From contig JAQGDQ010002072.1 of assembly GCA_030141605.1 (NCBI GenBank), positions 1-15,960 of the forward strand: a stretch of DNA of 15,960 nucleotides. The letters are read 5' to 3'. The stretch is from Tubiluchus corallicola (taxonomy: Eukaryota; Animalia; Priapulida). Positions 11,248 to 15,960 of this stretch are shown here, piece after piece. The translations under genes were made by a program, and so were the position numbers. The stretch's first letter is position 1. Every line of letters starts with the position of its first letter. Under the pieces are notes generated by a model. That model had not been told where the DNA came from and made no database searches. It worked only from the letters and a program-made list of their open reading frames with translations.

Positions 11248-12771
11248 TTACACTGAATTAGGTGGTATTTCTACTGTGGCAGAAATGGTAAGTGAATTCT
11301 TGTTACGAGTAGCGCTAGATGTTATATAGACACGTTCAGCATTGCCTGTGTCTCTGTCATTGCGTAAAATGAAATCAGTGTTAAGTATAGTTTCAGAATG
11401 TCCTAGATTATTAGTGTCACCAGTTGGCTTTTGTGCAGTTCCATTAACTTCACTTGCTTCATGTGTAACTTTTATGGTGTTCAGAAGTTTGGAAGGGCAA
11501 CTGTTCCATCTGTGAGTCAGAGCTGCGTGGTGAAAACAGTTTTGGTCCTTGGTATGACATTCTTGAACAGAGTATTTCTTGGACGGTTTTGAGTGATTAT
11601 TACCGGTAAGCAGTTTGTTTATGCCCCCAGAACTGCTGCAAAACCGAGAACTCAATGAATGTTTGGGAGATTCACTGGTAGTAAAAGTTGTCATCAGAAT
11701 GTTTTGTTTACTTGTCCTGGCTGAGTCAGAATAAGAATCTGCTAGTGATTTCTTGTGAGTTAAATGCGATTTAATGTTTTTGCAGCAGAGAAGTGATAGG
11801 TAGGCGTGTCTGTAGTTTCTGTTATTGAAGGCGTAGATAAAGGGATTGATTATACAAGTGGTCCAAGTAAGGATGGCTGCTGTACTGTGTAACCATGGTA
11901 AACGTTCTTCTGGTAGAACTAGATTTACTATGACAACTGGTATGTTACACAAGAAGAAAGCAGTGAAGACTGTAAGCATTGTTCTTGTAAGAGCTTTTTC
12001 TTCACGAGAATGTAATCTTTGGTGTAACGTAGCAATGATCCAACTATCTGACTGTTGCTGTATGTCTTGATTCCCTCGACGAACTCGGCACAGTATTCTT
12101 AAGTAACATACGAGTATAATGACTGAAGGAATGCAAACACCAAACACAAACATGAATGGTTGAGAATCTTTCCCAGAATCGTCTTCTAGGAATGTACAGG
12201 AAAATATCCTTGCTTTGTATCCAAATTTTCCCCACGCATCTAGCAATGTTGGTGTGAGCAAAGATAGCGGGAAAATATAGGCAAAAAATATCATTGAGTA
12301 CACAACTGGTGTGTTGTAAACCCGAAAATAACACTGCTGATGTACAATGATGATATAACGATTAACTGTTATCATCAGCATCATTAGTATGGATGTTGCA
12401 ATGTTGCTATAGAAAAGGAATGGAAAGAGTTTACACATCCAGCCGTGACCAAACACCCATTCACGGAAAATATAGCGAGTTGTATTAATAGGTAGATTGA
12501 ACGCACAAAACATGAGATCAGCCACGGCTAAAAACACAACAAACACATTCATGTAGTTCTTTCTCAACTTCTTTATTCTTGATAATGCTAATACAGTGGC
12601 TAGATTCCCAACTACTCCTAGAAGACTGTAGATAATTCCGAATGTGATCACGATGTTGATGACGTAATCTGGATAGACAAGTTGCGTTACTGACGACTGA
12701 TTGAGTGCTGATAAATCGGTTCTTATGTCAGTCTGTGGAACGATTATGTTACCCATTGTAGGAGTTTGCAT
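11248..12771 (-). CDS. Class A (rhodopsin-like) GPCR, Tre1/Moody-like; paralogue B, single coding exon, long Ser/Thr/Asn-rich C-tail
   Basis: 507 aa ORF with GN, LAVADL, CKLFPFLFYSN, ITVNRY, FSCT, CNIP and NPFIY, a Cys-Cys after helix 8 (candidate palmitoylation site) and sequon NQS in the N-terminus. The ATG (aggATG) is preceded by an in-frame TAA two codons upstream. Confidence 0.95.
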   Translation of the reverse strand: MQTPTMGNIIVPQTDIRTDLSALNQSSVTQLVYPDYVINIVITFGIIYSLLGVVGNLATVLALSRIKKLRKNYMNVFVVFLAVADLMFCAFNLPINTTRYIFREWVFGHGWMCKLFPFLFYSNIATSILMMLMITVNRYIIIVHQQCYFRVYNTPVVYSMIFFAYIFPLSLLTPTLLDAWGKFGYKARIFSCTFLEDDSGKDSQPFMFVFGVCIPSVIILVCYLRILCRVRRGNQDIQQQSDSWIIATLHQRLHSREEKALTRTMLTVFTAFFLCNIPVVIVNLVLPEERLPWLHSTAAILTWTTCIINPFIYAFNNRNYRHAYLSLLCCKNIKSHLTHKKSLADSYSDSARTSKQNILMTTFTTSESPKHSLSSRFCSSSGGINKLLTGNNHSKPSKKYSVQECHTKDQNCFHHAALTHRWNSCPSKLLNTIKVTHEASEVNGTAQKPTGDTNNLGHSETILNTDFILRNDRDTGNAERVYITSSATRNKNSLTISATVEIPPNSV

Positions 12772-12808
12772 CCTTTAAGAGTTAGGTGGCAATTCACAAG
12801 ACTCACAC

Positions 12809-12835
12809 CTGAAATGATAAAAAGAGCTAATAAAT
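12809..12835 (-). other. Candidate 3' splice acceptor just upstream of paralogue B start (5' UTR intron)
   Basis: Minus strand reads ttagctctttttatcatttcag|gtg, a pyrimidine tract plus CAG, 37 nt before the ATG. Confidence 0.65.
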
Positions 12836-13064
12836 TTAATTCATTTCATCTAATTTCAAAGTACAGGCCACAAACATACTAACCACTGCATGAAAGTACT
12901 TGGTCAAATGAAATAAAAAAATTTCATCCCATGTCTCAAACTTAGTTCTTCATTTGAATAGTTGAACTAATCTTATATTTAGTTTTTTTGGCAAGATGTT
13001 CTACAATTTGCAAGTTCACATTGATGGGTCACAGAAGCTCTAACTGTTGTGATGACAAAAATGC

Positions 13065-13082
13065 GTCGCCACCTAGGGGCAC
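13065..13082 (-). promoter_or_regulatory. CTCF-like motif
   Basis: Minus strand gtGCCCCTAGGTGGCGac resembles the CTCF core CCASYAGRKGGCR; judged by eye, not scored. Confidence 0.4.
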
Positions 13083-14053
13083 TTTAAGCGCATAGATTGT
13101 TTACAGGTGTTCATCAGCTTTCTCACAGCGGTTACATTAGGTAAGCCTGTTATTCTTGTTAAATGAGATTGTATAGGTTGTATTGATGTGCCAAGTTTAG
13201 TTGAGCTTTCATCATTGGATTTACAGTAGTAAATCAACACTAATTCAGTTACTGTCATGATCTATTCATTTTAATTGCGTACACTTGCTTGCTTAATTTG
13301 TATTTAACCTACAGCCCTGTCAAAGTGTATAGTAACGTTAGTGGGCGATTACAAAGTCACTGCAATCAGAGATTTTTATATTTGCTTTAACCTCGTAGAT
13401 TATATTCTCTTTCACTAGCCAGGAAGGCTGTATTACACTGCGCGATTCAAGAACTGCAGCAGAGCGGTTCTAATAGTCTCTATATTATGCAAAGCATGAA
13501 GATATAGCTATCATTCAGTGTAAGTAAGATGAAGAAGCACCAAATAAATGTCAAAATGTTTCACTTTTGTCAAAAGCGAAACCGGTTTATTGTGTAAACA
13601 GAATAAAGAATGCTCTAAAATATTGAAAACTACAATAGCTTTTTTTAAATCAAAGCTTAGATTAAATAATAATTACCTCGGATACTCGAATTTCGGTAAA
13701 CTTTCAAAGCTACCCGCGGCTCAGTGAATCTACTAAGATTGGCAGCGGCGCTTTTTTGTCACATCCGCGTGGCCGACAAATAGAAGGCGGTACCTTGATA
13801 AGCATGATCATGAACTACAGTGTTAGTTTCTGACGTTATATGATGTAGAGCCCATTTTTCGTGACATCGTGCGTTTAAACAGTATGAACAATACTGTAAC
13901 ACTTATTCAAATGTGCTTGATGCGCAAGGGAAGACGCCTGCCATTGCGCAAACTGTGGTTAGTTTATGACGTAAGCAACAGCTATGTTCGGTTGCCGTTA
14001 ATTAACTTTCTAAGCTAATTATTCAAATATAAGGAACAACTGTTACAGGCAAG

Positions 14054-14121
14054 AAAATGTATATTTTGGACAGTAAAGTAAAATGAGATTGAGTCTAAAC
14101 AATCGTCAGGTCTTCCTTTAA
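14054..14121 (+). repeat. 68-bp dispersed repeat, copy 2 (ends CCTTTAA)
   Basis: 64/68 identical to 5248-5315, same orientation. Confidence 0.95.
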
Positions 14122-14752
14122 CAAAGCCTACACTAATAACAATTAATGTTGTGTGTTGCGTAAACTAACTACTGATCCACGCAGAATCATTTTTTGATGC
14201 TGTAAGTATTAAGAATCGAAAATCCGACGTTTTTATTATATTATCCTCGTTTGATCCTCATAGGTATTCTCAACCAGATTTTTGTCAAGTACTTATACAA
14301 TGGAATTTGCCACCGTTTTCTGTTGGAATCCCACGTCCAGGAAGAGCAATATCATTAGTTAAAACATGGCTGCTTTTGAGTTCAACAAAATGCGTTTGTT
14401 TTATTCCATAAAAGACGCGATCTTTGCCTTGCGTATGACGTCAATTTTATAAGATAGAAGCTCGTGTTTGAGACAATATTTTATGTATTTCATTTAAGAT
14501 AATTCCCCATTTCGTAACACAATATAAATATTGTAAATTCATAATTGAACTCAGATTCACATGGATCTAATTAACGATAACATCTCCATTGAGAATGGAA
14601 CATGCCAGAAAGCCATGTCTGCTGTAGACCTGTGCAGCTGAAAAGCACAATAATACATAAAAACTAGGACTTTGCAAATGTGATCACTTGAGCAATAATG
14701 CACATTAACACTTTTTTCGGCTCGGAATGATTCGTTGTCAAATGAAAATTAA

Positions 14753-15121
14753 AGGGCAACATTAGGCGCAACCAATGATCAGCGAACGCTTTAAGAAAGT
14801 GAATCACTTACAAACATTTTACAACAAATCAGCTTCCGGCCGATCAGTAAGCGTACAACAGTTAGTGTGAGTCATACTTTTAGTTAGGCCACACATATGC
14901 CAATTACCCTACTATGTTCAGTAAAATGGGTTTATAGCTGCGTGGTCTTATGAGCGAATTCAATTCTTAATTAGATATAAATTTATAAAATATAAGCAAG
15001 CAGAATAAAAACGACTTAGTCTGTTATACAGTTTAAATTTGCATCACAGGTTTTATGTAGGCCACGTGTATTTTTTGTCTTGATTCTGATGATTAAGTTT
15101 GGTTGCAACTAACCTTGCCCT
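14753..15121. mobile_element. MITE-like element with ~22-bp terminal inverted repeats (Kolobok-like TTAA|AGG...CCT ends)
   Basis: Left aaagggcaacattaggcgcaacca (14751-14774) vs reverse complement of the right end aaagggcaaggttagttgcaacca (15100-15123): 20/24 match. TTAA precedes the left end; the right flank is tttt (degenerate). Confidence 0.65.
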
Positions 15122-15960
15122 TTTTTTCATTAGTGGCCAAAAAATTCCAGTAAGTCATCGGTTTACGAAAAATTGACCAGTTTCAAATTCCTCGCTGATA
15201 AATTCACTATTTGCAGAAGCTTTATCATTTGAAGAATCCGAGAAGTTCCCGCTGCGAAATTTAATAATAACGATAATAACAAAAATTTCCTGGTAATGCA
15301 GTCATAAAGTGTATTAACAAGCGGTTAGCCGAGTCAGCTAAATTTTACCGCCATCAGTTCAATGACAATCGGAAAAATTAATACAGCCGTGAAAGTGTAG
15401 GAATCTTCATGAACTGTAAAAATCATTTTTCATAGTCAGCCTCTGTGTGTAATTATAGTTCACAGAATGACATTAATTATTTGTAATTTTGCCTGCAAGC
15501 GTTCGCAAATGCATGACGCAATGACTGCAATTAGTTTTGTTCGCTGCCAGTGTCTGATTTCTGATAATGAGAATGAGATAGCGTTATTTTTATTTTTCAC
15601 AAATAGCTTTCTGCGCGTCTTTTCCTATTAATACTTTGTAAATCCCATGTATTCTGATTTTTTTTATTTTTTCATTTTTTATGCAGCATCTTTTTGCCGA
15701 AAAAAGACTTGTTGAATTGAATACAGGCCTAGGGATGCCTTGCCCTAGTCAAGTGCAGTACGATAGGTGTAATCATTTAGAACGTGAAGAAACACGCAGT
15801 TTTTGGCGCTTACTCATTTGTTTACTAATTAAGCCAAGGAGGGAGCAATACAAGGTAATTGCGGTCCCAACGGGTGCTTTCGCAAACATCTCGCTCACCT
15901 ACCAATTTATAAGGAGAAATGGGTGTTGAGAAATGGAAAATAAATCTAGGCCAACTTTTT

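Noticed and set aside
3577-12334. Short ORFs overlapping the GPCR genes (3577-3798, 11846-12070, 12044-12334)
   Set aside because: Alternative-frame or antisense shadows of the real CDSs with no independent protein signal. The similar position of two of them is explained by paralogy.
10033-13319. tagggctg...cagccctg loosely inverted ends bracketing paralogue B (transposon capture of the gene)
   Set aside because: About 18/24 match needing a gap and only 5/8 match of putative TSDs. The duplication appears too old for TIRs to survive, so chance is likely.
4342-15929. Remaining 60-100 aa intergenic ORFs (4342, 5490, 7314, 7638, 8145, 9053, 9692, 13073, 15681)
   Set aside because: Lengths are expected by chance, several use TTG/GTG starts, and I recognise no transposase, RT or other domain.

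Overview
AT-rich eukaryotic (probably invertebrate animal) genomic DNA; the species cannot be determined from sequence alone. The window holds two tandem minus-strand class A (rhodopsin-like) GPCR genes of the Tre1/Moody/GPR84 group, each with an uninterrupted coding region (2976-4343 and 11248-12771). They look like old paralogues with conserved 7TM cores and unrelated C-terminal tails. The non-coding DNA carries several inverted-repeat structures: a microsatellite-armed inverted repeat at 1-1463, a foldback-like element with 15-17 bp modules and a candidate 8-bp TSD at 4732-6076, and a short TIR element (MITE) at 14753-15121. A 68-bp, 64/68-identical direct repeat lies upstream of both receptor genes. 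There are also simple repeats and CTCF-like motifs. All other ORFs in the track look spurious. I see no convincing evidence of a wholly new biological system; the best leads are the unusual repeat architectures and the diverged receptor pair.
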